A stretch of DNA of 63,848 nucleotides, counting the filler, from Actinomycetota bacterium (GTDB taxonomy: Bacteria > Actinomycetota > Actinomycetes > JAKEEW01), in the NCBI GenBank assembly GCA_046725875.1. It is 3 parts of 3 records of this genome, joined end to end, with 100 filler letters (N's around TTAATTAATTAA, not from the genome) between each part and the next. Parts side by side here need not be neighbours in the genome. Positions count along the whole stretch, not along the records: positions 1 to 24,199 come from JBKOZJ010000072.1; 2 more parts are not named here. One strand, written 5' to 3'. The notes below the pieces were generated by a model, which was not told where the DNA came from, made no database searches, and saw only the letters and a list, made by a program, of their open reading frames with translations. The position numbers were made by a program, and so were the translations under genes. Positions 10,077 to 19,545 of this stretch are shown here, one piece after another; position 1 is the stretch's first letter; the number at the start of each line of letters is the position of its first letter.

Positions 10077-10133
10077 ACGCCGACACGCTGCCCGCGGACC
10101 CGACGGCCGTCAGTGGACCGACCCCAGGCTCGG

Positions 10134-10164
10134 CGATGAGTTCGGCGTCAGGTGGCAGTTCTAC
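10134..10164 (+). promoter_or_regulatory. Possible ECF promoter for the DUF1579-like gene
   Basis: CGATGAGTT -35-like element identical to the other copies; -10 region (GTTCTAC) divergent. Confidence 0.35.
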
Positions 10165-10289
10165 TGATGAGAGAGATCGGCGCTCGGACAACGGACGAGG
10201 CGGCACGACGAATCGGTACCGCGGATCGCGGCGTGTCACTGGTCCGGCGGGAGTACAAGATCGGCTGAACCAGCAAAGGAGAAACCGTA

Positions 10290-10763
10290 ATGTCCGAGAA
10301 CCCTGACCTGCCCCAGCCAGACCCCGCGCTCAAGCGGCTCGACCGGCTCGTCGGTCGCTGGAACATGGAAGGCCACCTGGTGGGGTCGGACGAGACCAAC
10401 ATCAAAGGCGTGACGTCGTTCCGCTGGCTGCCGGGCGGCTTCTTCCTCGAGCAACGCGGGCACATCGACTTCGCAGGGCTGCAGATCGACGCCTTGGAGC
10501 TGATCGGCTACGACCCGCAGACCGACACCTTTCCCTCGACCGTGTACTCCAATTTCGCGCCCGAGCCGCTGCCCTACAAGTGGGACGTTCGGGGCGACCG
10601 CGTGACCATCACGGTTTCGTACGGGCAGCTGAACGCCACCTTCACCGGCTCTTGGCGCCAGGACGGCACGTTCTCCGGTGGCTGGTGCCCGAAGCCCGGC
10701 GCCGACCAGACGGTCAATGTTCCCTACGATGTCGGGGGGCAACGGCTCGAAGACACTCCATGA
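10290..10763 (+). CDS. DUF1579-like protein
   Basis: P.PALKRLDRLVGRW..EG, FRWLPGGFFL, ELIGYDP; AGGAG RBS. Confidence 0.7.
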   Translation: MSENPDLPQPDPALKRLDRLVGRWNMEGHLVGSDETNIKGVTSFRWLPGGFFLEQRGHIDFAGLQIDALELIGYDPQTDTFPSTVYSNFAPEPLPYKWDVRGDRVTITVSYGQLNATFTGSWRQDGTFSGGWCPKPGADQTVNVPYDVGGQRLEDTP

Positions 10764-10869
10764 TTGGCCGCCCTCGGCGAGCGATCGCCGGTTGGATGCG
10801 AGAAGCTGGGTCAGAGGTGGCTGCTACTTATCCCGAAATGCACCGTGCCCGCTCCCCTGTTGAGGACTA

Positions 10870-11313
10870 ATGATGAGTTCGACAACGAGGCATCCCGCCC
10901 AGCTGAGGGACGTATACGAGCGGACGCGCACGATTGCTGTCGTCGGCGCGTCCGGCACCGGGGGGAAGGCGGCACACGTAATACCCGCCTACTTGCGGTC
11001 CCAGGGCTACCGGATAATCCCCGTCAATCCACGAGGTGGGACGATCTTTGGCGAGCGGGTTTACACCTCGCTCAGAGCAATAGCGGAGACGGTCGACGTC
11101 GTCGATGTGTTCAGGCCGCCGGAGGAAGCCGTGGCCGTAGCCAAGGACGCGATCGCGATTGGCGCCAAGGTGCTCTGGTTCCAGCTCGGTACCGAGACTG
11201 ACGAAGCGGTGCGCCTCGCGGAGGAGGCAGGGCTGACCGTCGTGACGGGCTGCTGCATGGGCGACCAGCATGGCCGGCTTGGCCTTGGTCCTGGACCCGA
11301 TCGCCGCGACTAA
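10870..11313 (+). CDS. CoA-binding protein (YccU-like)
   Basis: TIAVVGAS, GYRIIPVNP, VDVVDVFRP, VLWFQLG. Confidence 0.9.
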   Translation: MMSSTTRHPAQLRDVYERTRTIAVVGASGTGGKAAHVIPAYLRSQGYRIIPVNPRGGTIFGERVYTSLRAIAETVDVVDVFRPPEEAVAVAKDAIAIGAKVLWFQLGTETDEAVRLAEEAGLTVVTGCCMGDQHGRLGLGPGPDRRD

Positions 11314-11523
11314 GATCAGCTTGGTTCTAACTGTGCGTCTGACGCGGCCCTCGTTAGCTCTTAATGCGGGCTACCGACCGGAACGACCATGGCGGTACGT
11401 CGAGGGTCGGGGGAGGTGGCCACGTCAGCGCCCACAGCGACAGGCACAATGATCAACGAGCTGCGCCGCGCTCCCCCGCCTGAACCGGCTGCCTGGGAGT
11501 ACCCGGCCGGGCATGATGAACGA

Positions 11524-11937
11524 ATGGCGCTGACAGTCGCGGAAGGCAATGCGATCCTGAAGGCGAATTTCGCGCCCTGGGTTCAAGATCTCGGTCTTGT
11601 CGTCGAGGAGATCGGTCCTGGGCATGCCACCCTGCGACTGCCCAAGACGGAGCGACTTGCCCGGGAAGGTGGTGCCCTTTCTGGGCAAGCGCTGATGGCC
11701 GCCGCCGACACAGCCACGGTCATCGCGATCAGCGGCGCACGCGGCAACTACGGGCCCATGACCACGGTCCAGCAGTCGATCTCCTTCCAGCGCTCAGTTG
11801 TTGATGCGGACGTTCTCGTCACCGCGACGGTCACCAAGCTCGGCCGAACGCTCGCGTTCGCCAGCGTGAGCATGACCCCTGACGGCGCCCCTGATCCCGC
11901 CGCCCATGCGACCACCGTGTACGCCCTGCTCGGCTGA
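11524..11937 (+). CDS. PaaI family (hotdog-fold) thioesterase
   Basis: FAPWVQDLGL, REGGALSGQALMAAADT, KLGRTLAF. Confidence 0.85.
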   Translation: MALTVAEGNAILKANFAPWVQDLGLVVEEIGPGHATLRLPKTERLAREGGALSGQALMAAADTATVIAISGARGNYGPMTTVQQSISFQRSVVDADVLVTATVTKLGRTLAFASVSMTPDGAPDPAAHATTVYALLG

Positions 11938-12047
11938 GACCGCACGCAGATGCCCGAGGCGGGCCGTGGCGCCCTGGTGCGCCAGGGCCTACAGGATCGT
12001 CGCGGTCAACTCCCGGCTGCGAGGACGGAGCGTTCGCTGACTCGCCT

Positions 12048-14210
12048 TCAACTGGACGACGAAACATCGGGAGAGGTAGCGCCCAGCTGCGCCAGGACCT
12101 GCTCCCTATAGAGTCCAGGCAGCGCCATCAGCTCGTCGTGCGTTCCCCGCTGCACAATCCTTCCTTGTTCCATCAGCAGGATGAGGTCCGCATTGACGAT
12201 CGTGCTCAGCCGGTGGGCGATCACAATCCGCGTGCAGCCGAGCGTGTCGAGGTTGAGGTACACCATTCGTTCGGTGACGGAGTCGAGATCGCTCGTAGCC
12301 TCGTCGAGCAGCAGGATGGAGGGGCGATGGGCCAAGGCTCGGGCGAGTGCGATCCGCTGCTGCTGACCTCCGGAAAGCGACGCACCGCCATCCACGAGTA
12401 GCGTGTCGTAACCCATTGGCATGGCGACGATCTCATCGTGGATGCAGGCTAGCTTGGCCGCCTCGACCACCATCTCGTGAGGCATCCCCGGGTTGCTGAG
12501 AGCGATGTTCTGTCGAATGGTCGCTCCGAAAAGGTATGGCCTCTGCGTGACGATGCCGATCTGCCTACGCAGCGACTGGAGCTCGAGCTCGGCAAGGTCA
12601 GTCCCGTCGAACATGATCCGCCCGGACGTGGGGGGATACATGCCGAGGAGGATGTGTGCAAGGGTCGACTTCCCGGAACCAGTGCGCCCGACGATGCCCA
12701 ACTGCTGGCCGGGCTGGACTTCGAGCGACACGTCCTTCAGCACCTCGGGTGCCAGCGGCCCATAGGCGAACGAGATACCCTCGGCCGTTACCCGCCCGGA
12801 GAGGTGGTGAACGGTTGTTACCTGCTGCCCCTCCTGCTCCCGGGACGTGTCCAGCACCTCGTTGATGCGCTCCATGTAGCTACGCAGCAATTGGAGCTTG
12901 AAGGCCGTCTCGACCATGGTGGCAAGCGGCTCCAAAAAGCCGGCCGCCAGGGCAGCGGCAGCGAGCATGGTCCCGAGGGACAGGCTGCCGTTCAGAACCT
13001 GGAAGCCGCCGTAGACCAAGATGGCCAGCGGCGAGCCCAGCTGGAGCGTGCGCGTGACGGCATCCACGGACGCCTCCAGCCGTCCCCGGCGCACGGCCAC
13101 GTTTACCTGGTCGATGAACAACCGCTCCCAATGCTCGGCCGCTCGCCGTTCGGCACCCGCCGCTTTGAGCGTCTCGATGCCGGCCAACAGCTCAAAGGTG
13201 TAGCTCTGCGACTTGGCTTCAACCTGCAGGCTCTCCGACATCAGGTGTTGGTTCCGCCGCCGCGCGAGCAGGAGGAGCATCACCTGCAGCAGGCTCAATC
13301 CCAGGACGAGCACCGCCAGCGGAGGGCTCAGCATGAACAGCAGGACAAGGTAGAGGCTCGCTAGGCTGCCGTCAATCAGGGCCGAGATGGTGCCGGTGGT
13401 CAGGGTCTCGCGCACGACGGTGTGGCTTTGGAGGCGCATCATCAGGTCGCCGGCGGACCTGAAGAGGAAGAATGCATACGGAAGGTTCACCAAGTGGTCG
13501 ACGAAAGCCGTCGTCAGGCGTACGTCGAGGCGCGTGCGCAGTTGCAGCAGCAGGTGGCTCCGCAGCAGCGTCGCGACGAGGAAGTAGCAGACCACCGCAC
13601 CCATGGCGGCCCCGGTCACCAGCAGCAGGTGCTGGTCGTTGCGCGGGACGATCTCGTTCACTAGCAGCCCGGTCAGCACTGGAAGCGCGAGTGCGAGGAG
13701 CCGCAGGAGCACCGATCCGACGAGCACCCTGGTGAGCTTCCGGGATTGGCCGAGCAGCGGTCGGAGATACCGCCAGGTGCCCTTGTTGTTCAGCTTGGAG
13801 GTCTGGAAGTCCTCGCCCGGCTCGAACGTGATGGCGACACCGGTATAGGAGCGACGAAAGACCTCCATGGACAGTCGCCGGCGTCCGACGGCCGGATCCA
13901 CGACTTGCACGCCGTTTCTCCGCAGGCGCTCGAAGACGACGAAGTGCGTGAATTCCCAGTGGAGGATCGTCGCGGGAGGCAAGTGCCCGAGGTCAGCTAG
14001 GTCCGCCGTCACGCCTCTTGCGCTCAAGCCATACCGCTTCGCCGCCTGGGTCATGGCCAACGCGTCGACGCCGTCGCGGTTGGTGCTTGTCATCTGGCGC
14101 AGCTCGTCGAGCGGCACCTGCTTGCCGTGGTAGGCAAGCACCATGGAGAGACTGGCAGCACCGCAGTCGGCCAACCCCATCTGTCTGACCCAAGGCACTC
14201 GCCGGCGCAC
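12048..14210 (-). CDS. lanT: Peptidase-containing ABC exporter (C39 peptidase, TMD, NBD)
   Basis: RQ....DCG catalytic Cys, HFVVF His, VVDPA Asp; Walker [26 protein letters not shown]. Confidence 0.95.
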   Translation of the reverse strand: MRRRVPWVRQMGLADCGAASLSMVLAYHGKQVPLDELRQMTSTNRDGVDALAMTQAAKRYGLSARGVTADLADLGHLPPATILHWEFTHFVVFERLRRNGVQVVDPAVGRRRLSMEVFRRSYTGVAITFEPGEDFQTSKLNNKGTWRYLRPLLGQSRKLTRVLVGSVLLRLLALALPVLTGLLVNEIVPRNDQHLLLVTGAAMGAVVCYFLVATLLRSHLLLQLRTRLDVRLTTAFVDHLVNLPYAFFLFRSAGDLMMRLQSHTVVRETLTTGTISALIDGSLASLYLVLLFMLSPPLAVLVLGLSLLQVMLLLLARRRNQHLMSESLQVEAKSQSYTFELLAGIETLKAAGAERRAAEHWERLFIDQVNVAVRRGRLEASVDAVTRTLQLGSPLAILVYGGFQVLNGSLSLGTMLAAAALAAGFLEPLATMVETAFKLQLLRSYMERINEVLDTSREQEGQQVTTVHHLSGRVTAEGISFAYGPLAPEVLKDVSLEVQPGQQLGIVGRTGSGKSTLAHILLGMYPPTSGRIMFDGTDLAELELQSLRRQIGIVTQRPYLFGATIRQNIALSNPGMPHEMVVEAAKLACIHDEIVAMPMGYDTLLVDGGASLSGGQQQRIALARALAHRPSILLLDEATSDLDSVTERMVYLNLDTLGCTRIVIAHRLSTIVNADLILLMEQGRIVQRGTHDELMALPGLYREQVLAQLGATSPDVSSSS

Positions 14211-14761
14211 TAGGAGTCCCCACCTCCTGCCAGCATCCCGCCAAACTGCCGAAGAAAAAGACTAAGCATCCTCTCCGAGCGCAGAACGACGACGGCCCGG
14301 CCCTCGAGTCGCGGCGACGGCCGCAACGACGCCACGTCGGCGTCCGGTGCGAGGACCCCCGTGACCAGCACAGCCGGCTCGGAAAACGAAGCGAAGCCGG
14401 CCTGGCGAACGCCAGCCTGATCGGCGACGTCGGCCCTGATCACGCGGGCGGCAAGAGGCTTCCCGTCCCCGCCGTCCATCTGGAGGCGGACGAGCTGGCC
14501 GCGCTGGAGATCTGGAGAGGCGGCGGCCGGGACAAGGGCCACGAAGGTCCGTTCCTGCATGTTGATCAAGGCTGGCCCCGACGTGGTCTCGGAGGTGCGA
14601 ACCGTAGCGGCGACGACGACACCCGCAACCACCAACGCCAGCACGATCCAATACAGCCACCCGGTCCACGGAGGTTCGATCCGCAGCACGCCGCCTTGTC
14701 CAGGCCCGCTGACTCGGAAGTCGAGGGCCTCTTGGCGGAACAGGGATGGTCGTTCGGTCAT
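14210..14761 (-). CDS. Short HlyD/membrane-fusion-protein-like accessory protein
   Basis: N-terminal SLFRQEAL followed by one TM helix, as in peptide-export HlyD proteins; only 183 aa; overlaps both neighbours. Confidence 0.6.
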   Translation of the reverse strand: MTERPSLFRQEALDFRVSGPGQGGVLRIEPPWTGWLYWIVLALVVAGVVVAATVRTSETTSGPALINMQERTFVALVPAAASPDLQRGQLVRLQMDGGDGKPLAARVIRADVADQAGVRQAGFASFSEPAVLVTGVLAPDADVASLRPSPRLEGRAVVVLRSERMLSLFLRQFGGMLAGGGDS

Positions 14762-17700
14762 GACGGGACGGATCGGCGCCCAGCCTGGGCACTGTAGGCG
14801 CGGTCGAGTAGTTCGTAGAGGACGAGCTCCTGGGCCCGGTGGGCGGAGCGCAGCAAGCGATTGACGTGCATGTGCGCGTAGCTCATCGCGATGTCGGTAA
14901 GCCTCGCCGACAGCCGCCCGGCCTGGCCGAGCCGACGCAGCTCCGCCGTGACGGGAGCGAGCTGAAGCGATCGCCGGCGCAGCGCCTCCACTCCCGCAAG
15001 AAGAGGCGCCGGCGGAGCCTGTCCGGGATCAAGCAGCGCCTCCAGGCGGGCCCGCTCCGCCCTGTACCGGTCGCTCACCCGACCCCTGAAGTTCCCGTCG
15101 ATACCGAACTCCCGACCGAGGCCCTCCCGCGCCCGTCGTGCCAGGGATCGCTTCTCCTCGAGTGCCAGTCCGAGATCGTCGAAGAGCAGGTCCATGCCGC
15201 GGATGGCCAGACGCCAGCGCAGGTCGAGTCCGGCATCGCCCGACAACAGCCCGAGGATGGTGAGCACGGCTTCGCTGTCGGCGGCGAACACCAGCTCGGC
15301 CAGCTCGATCGCTCGGTCGCCGCCGAAGCGCTCGACCTCCCGCTCATAGGTGTCCAGCTGCATGCGCCACAGCTGCCCCGCCTCGAGGAGCGGGGCCGCG
15401 GCTGCTTCCAGGCTCGGTAGCACCTCGGCGTGGAGCCGCCCGGGTTCGCCGTGAAGACGGAGTCGCAGGTGCCACTCGGGATCGCTATAGCGAATGAAGA
15501 ACCAGGCGTCGGCGGTGCCGGAGGCGAGAGATGACCGTACCAAGGGGCCAACCAGGTGGTTGAGCACGTGGTCGGCCGTTCCCGCGCCCGTATAGAGCTT
15601 GGCGTAGAGCCACTCCGAGCCCGGTGGGAAGCGGCGACCGACCAGGCTGCTGGTAACGTGCCGGGCCGCGAAGTCGGGCTCGGGTCGCGGCGGGGCCGCC
15701 TGGATGAACGGAACGACCAGCTCGTGCACGAAACGGCCTTCCGGGCCGATGACACACAGTTCATCGGGGTCGGGGAACATCTCGACGAGTTCTGCCTGGC
15801 GTCGCCCCCGGAGCTGGCGAGCGAGCGCCGCGACGCTCAGCACGTTGTCGAGGTCGATGACGAGCTGGTGGTCACGATCGATGAGGGCCACGTAGCGCGG
15901 CAGCCGCCGCTCCGCGCGCCACGCTTGCACGGCGGCGAACTGGTCGGCAGTCCCGGTCTGGCCGAGCGCCAGCAGTTCGGCCTCCGTGAGGTTCCAGCGA
16001 GCGCGGGACAGCACGAGCCGTCCGCTGACGACCCGAGGCAGGAAGGGGGCTTGCCGGAGCGGACCCCAGTCCCACGTGAGGTCCGAGACCGCGTCCTGGC
16101 GCTGGAGCGCGCACAGGAAGCGGTACACGCCCAGGTTCCGCCAGTCCTCGTCGTGGGCGGTGGTGAGCCTCGGCGCGACCTCGCGCCCCAGACGCCGGGA
16201 GCGCAGAACGATCCGGTCGTTGCGCACCGATACCAGCAGGTCCGTTACGTGAAGCTGGCGGTCGGCCGGCGCGCCCGAGCGGCCGAGGTAGGGGATCTCG
16301 TACTCCCGCAACACAGGACGGCACAGGATGTTGCCGGTCCGGCCGTCGGGAAGATGCACGATCTCCGCGAACAACTGCTCGGGGTGGCGTGCCTCCTCCG
16401 CCTGGAGATAGGCGTGGACGAACTCGTGCAGGGCCCGGTCGGCGTGGCAGAAGCGGCCGAGCATCAGAGCGCCAGGCGGCCCGTCCACATACTGCAGGAG
16501 TACGCGGAACGCACCTTGCGCGATGGCGCGGTCGGACTCGGCCGCCACCGTGGCCATCGCGTAGAAGGCATCAGGGAGTGGACGATGCTGCTGCGAGGCC
16601 AGCGCCTCGAGGTCGGATGCCTCGAGCGCGATCTCGCCGGCCCCCTCGGCAAGCGCGTGCGCCAGCTTTCCCAGGAGCAATGCGTCGCGCCCGGTCCATG
16701 GCATCGCCTCTCGATCACCAGCGCGGAACGGGAGCCCGGCCAGCAGCGGAGAGGCCTCGGCCAGCGGCGAGTCGGACCGCTCGAAGCCGATGCCGAGCTC
16801 CTCGTCCAGCGCTTCGACCAGCGGGATCTCCCGAGTCTCGTAGCGCTTGGAGAATTTTTCGCGAAACCGCGCCAGGCCTCCAGGCCCTTGAGGACGAGCC
16901 AGCTGATGGAGGATCCTGACGCCTCGCGTGATCTCGGAGACGACCCGGCTGCCGAGCGTGGCCTCCTGGGCGGGTTTGACCAGGTCGACCTGCACCAGAC
17001 GGGACAGGTCGGGCTGAGCGGGGAGATCCGAAAGGTCCGAGGCGACGGCTCGATAGCGGTCGGGGGAGGCCCCCAGCCCCGCGGCGTCGATCGCCTCGAG
17101 GGCGGCCCGCGCCTCGTCGAGCCGCTTGGCGATCCGTGCCGTCTCTGCGTGAGCGCGCAACGTGGCGACCAGGCCGTGCACCGGCTCGTCTCCCGTGACG
17201 ACCGGCCGGGCGTCGCTGACGAGGAGCTGGTTGTCGACCAGCTCCGCCACGTATTCCTCAGCCTCGGCCTGGGTGATCTCGTCGTCGACCAACACCTCCG
17301 CCGCGGCCTCCGGCGTCGTTCCTCCTCGGGCCCGCTCGAGCACGGCGGTGAGATAGGGATTCTTGTCGACTGCGACGAGGTGGTAGGAGCGGCCGGTAGC
17401 GGTCAGCCGAGCTTCGGCCAGGCGCAGGCGACCAGCTGTCTCGTAGAGGCTGGAGTTGGGCTCGTACACGAACGGCTTGCGGAGCTGAGGGTCGCGCTCG
17501 ACGGCTTCGGCCAGCGCCCACAGGTAGTCCATGTCGAGCCGGCTATGACGTCGGTACCACTCCCGCGCCTTGAGGTGCAGCCTGGTGTGCGCGTCGATGG
17601 TGCCAGTGGTGATTCCTGCGAACAGACCAAAGGGGGTGGCTCGGGCCGCCGCTCGGCTGAAGTACGCCACCACGGCGGGCTCGAGCTTGCGGCCTCGTTC

Positions 17701-17988
17701 GCTGTCCGGATCCTTCTGCCAGACCTCGAGGGCCTCGTCCACGCTCGGTGAGGCGAGGAAGATCGCATCTCGCACCTCGGGACGGGTGACCGCCGCGAGG
17801 AGCCGGGCGCGGAGTCTGGCCCGGTCCCGCTCGAGGGCCGCCTCCAGGCGCTGGGGGTCGCCGAGCACGCCGATGGCTTCCAGTCCCTCACCCCAGGCCG
17901 CCATCTCCTCGAACGGCAACAATGGCGTCCGCAGAACGAAGAACCCCGACGGGGTGTATCGCTGGCCGGCCTTGTCGCGCTCAGTCAC
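14758..17988 (-). CDS. lanB: Class I lanthipeptide dehydratase (glutamylation and elimination domains)
   Basis: FVLRTPLLP, AYFSRAAARATPFGLFAG, WLYAKLY, WFFIRY.DP..HLRLR, YEREVERFGG, HMHVNRL; GTG start overlapping the lanC stop. Confidence 0.95.
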   Translation of the reverse strand: MTERDKAGQRYTPSGFFVLRTPLLPFEEMAAWGEGLEAIGVLGDPQRLEAALERDRARLRARLLAAVTRPEVRDAIFLASPSVDEALEVWQKDPDSERGRKLEPAVVAYFSRAAARATPFGLFAGITTGTIDAHTRLHLKAREWYRRHSRLDMDYLWALAEAVERDPQLRKPFVYEPNSSLYETAGRLRLAEARLTATGRSYHLVAVDKNPYLTAVLERARGGTTPEAAAEVLVDDEITQAEAEEYVAELVDNQLLVSDARPVVTGDEPVHGLVATLRAHAETARIAKRLDEARAALEAIDAAGLGASPDRYRAVASDLSDLPAQPDLSRLVQVDLVKPAQEATLGSRVVSEITRGVRILHQLARPQGPGGLARFREKFSKRYETREIPLVEALDEELGIGFERSDSPLAEASPLLAGLPFRAGDREAMPWTGRDALLLGKLAHALAEGAGEIALEASDLEALASQQHRPLPDAFYAMATVAAESDRAIAQGAFRVLLQYVDGPPGALMLGRFCHADRALHEFVHAYLQAEEARHPEQLFAEIVHLPDGRTGNILCRPVLREYEIPYLGRSGAPADRQLHVTDLLVSVRNDRIVLRSRRLGREVAPRLTTAHDEDWRNLGVYRFLCALQRQDAVSDLTWDWGPLRQAPFLPRVVSGRLVLSRARWNLTEAELLALGQTGTADQFAAVQAWRAERRLPRYVALIDRDHQLVIDLDNVLSVAALARQLRGRRQAELVEMFPDPDELCVIGPEGRFVHELVVPFIQAAPPRPEPDFAARHVTSSLVGRRFPPGSEWLYAKLYTGAGTADHVLNHLVGPLVRSSLASGTADAWFFIRYSDPEWHLRLRLHGEPGRLHAEVLPSLEAAAAPLLEAGQLWRMQLDTYEREVERFGGDRAIELAELVFAADSEAVLTILGLLSGDAGLDLRWRLAIRGMDLLFDDLGLALEEKRSLARRAREGLGREFGIDGNFRGRVSDRYRAERARLEALLDPGQAPPAPLLAGVEALRRRSLQLAPVTAELRRLGQAGRLSARLTDIAMSYAHMHVNRLLRSAHRAQELVLYELLDRAYSAQAGRRSVPS

Positions 17989-19366
17989 CTGAGGTGCCCG
18001 GATCAGGCTTCGGGGCCGAGACCAGGAACATCCGGTCCCAGGTGGGCTCGACGGATGTTGCCGCAGCCAACAGGACCAGGGCGACCCCGGCGGCTCCCTC
18101 GACGAGTTCGGTGCCGGTCCACGTCCACAGCTCCCGCTGGCCCGGGTCCCAGTTTCCCTCCACCCACGTGCCGCCGGCGTCTCTGGCCCGACGGTAGAAG
18201 CCGAGCGTGCGCTCCAGCCAGTACAGGGCGGCACGGCCGAGCTTGGGTTCCCCGGTGGCTTGGTACATGCGGTTGTAGAGATGGGCCAACCCGGCCGCTC
18301 CGTGGCAGAAGTTGGCGTTGACGACTCCGGTCTCTGACGTTGGCCGTTCCGCCGCCCGGCAGGCCAGCGCCACCGCCGAGCGCTCCCAGCCGGCATCACC
18401 CACGCCGCGCGCCGCGATCAAAAGGGCGGCCGCAATCCCGGGATCCCCGTAGCACCAGGCGCAACGGGCTGGCGACGGCTGGAAGGCTGGTGCCACCCAG
18501 ACGGGGAAGGTCGGGCCCGCTTCGGTCGGCACCGAATGCGCCAACAGCCAGCTCACAGCCCCCTCAAGGAGCGGGCGCGCCGTCACCTCCGCCACCCCGG
18601 CGCCGCATACGCTGCCAAGAAGGGCGATGGGCCCGGCCACGCCGTGGGCGACCCCCAGATCGGTGCGCCCGGACGGATACTGCTCCCGGGATTCTTGATC
18701 CAGTATCTCGGTGGGTGGCGTCCACCAGGAAAGCCCATGGTCGTCGTGCCGGGCGCACTCCTGCAGCCGCTCGACGACCCGGCGGAGGCATTCGATCGCG
18801 AGCGGGCGCGGGTACCGTTGCAGGGCGTACACGCCGAGACCAGTGAGGCCCACGACAAGGTCGTAGGGCGCCGACCACAGGTTGGGCCGCGACAAGAGTC
18901 GCAGAAGCGCGTCGTCGACTGCCTCGCCGCGGTCCTCTGCGTCCGGGTCGAGCATGCCGTCCACCAACTCGGCCGCCCAGGCCACGCCCGTGAACCCTCC
19001 GTAGAGGGAAGCGTTCATCGCCCGCGTCGACACCGCATCGACGGCCTGGTCGAGACACTGTGATGCGAGGACGTCCGCCTGCGGCATGCGGCAGGTCCGG
19101 GCCAGCCAGGTGTACAGGAGGGCCAGACCGGCCTGCCCCCTGCCGAGCGAAGGGTCTCGTTCGCCGGGTACTGCAGTCATCGACGTGATGGACTCGGTGA
19201 TGGCGTCGACTGCCTGCAGAGCCTGCTGCGCCGTTGCGCCCGACAAGATCGGTCGCCAGGAGCTTCCGCGGCCCGCATCACCCAGCGTCGGCGTGCGGCC
19301 AACCCCACTCCGCTCACCACGCAGGCCTATTCCGCCGTCAGGATTGCCTTGCACTACGTCGCTCAC
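17981..19366 (-). CDS. lanC: Lanthipeptide cyclase
   Basis: GVAHGVAG, WCYGDPG, FCHGAAG (Zn ligands C, C, H). Confidence 0.95.
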   Translation of the reverse strand: MSDVVQGNPDGGIGLRGERSGVGRTPTLGDAGRGSSWRPILSGATAQQALQAVDAITESITSMTAVPGERDPSLGRGQAGLALLYTWLARTCRMPQADVLASQCLDQAVDAVSTRAMNASLYGGFTGVAWAAELVDGMLDPDAEDRGEAVDDALLRLLSRPNLWSAPYDLVVGLTGLGVYALQRYPRPLAIECLRRVVERLQECARHDDHGLSWWTPPTEILDQESREQYPSGRTDLGVAHGVAGPIALLGSVCGAGVAEVTARPLLEGAVSWLLAHSVPTEAGPTFPVWVAPAFQPSPARCAWCYGDPGIAAALLIAARGVGDAGWERSAVALACRAAERPTSETGVVNANFCHGAAGLAHLYNRMYQATGEPKLGRAALYWLERTLGFYRRARDAGGTWVEGNWDPGQRELWTWTGTELVEGAAGVALVLLAAATSVEPTWDRMFLVSAPKPDPGTSGD

Positions 19367-19419
19367 CCCCGCGCCGCGCGTCCTCCTGCGGCGGCAACCG
19401 TGTCGTCCGACCGGGAATG

Positions 19420-19459
19420 TGGATCAGGCAGCCCACATATACGTGCGCTGCCTGATCCA
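19420..19459. terminator. Stem-loop between lanA and lanC
   Basis: TGGATCAGGCAGC-N14-GCTGCCTGATCCA perfect 13-bp stem. Confidence 0.6.
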
Positions 19460-19489
19460 TTCGGCCTGGAACTGCTCTGCCAGCAATCC

Positions 19490-19545
19490 TTACGCGTTCG
19501 GGTTACCGGCAGCCCGAGTTACGTGTTCGGGTTATGAACAGCCCG
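19490..19545. repeat. Imperfect tandem repeat, 29-bp period, over the lanA 3' end
   Basis: TTACGCGTTCGGGTTAccggCAGCCCG / TTACGTGTTCGGGTTAtgaaCAGCCCG. Confidence 0.7.

Noticed and set aside
10870..10900. TGATGAGTT as another ECF promoter
   Set aside because: Coincides with the start codons of the CoA-binding gene and lacks the downstream ATC element
11524..11937. PaaI thioesterase and the redoxin (20182-21189) as lanthipeptide tailoring genes
   Set aside because: The thioesterase is convergent and the redoxin is about 500 nt upstream with unrelated context; no evidence of co-function
15556..17751. 731-aa plus-strand ORF
   Set aside because: Antisense shadow of lanB; long stop-free antisense frames are expected in high-GC genes and it has no motifs
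17989..18399. 137-aa N-terminal extension of lanB in the ORF track
   Set aside because: Lies inside lanC in another frame with non-protein-like composition; the GTG at 17988 overlapping the lanC stop fits the family start
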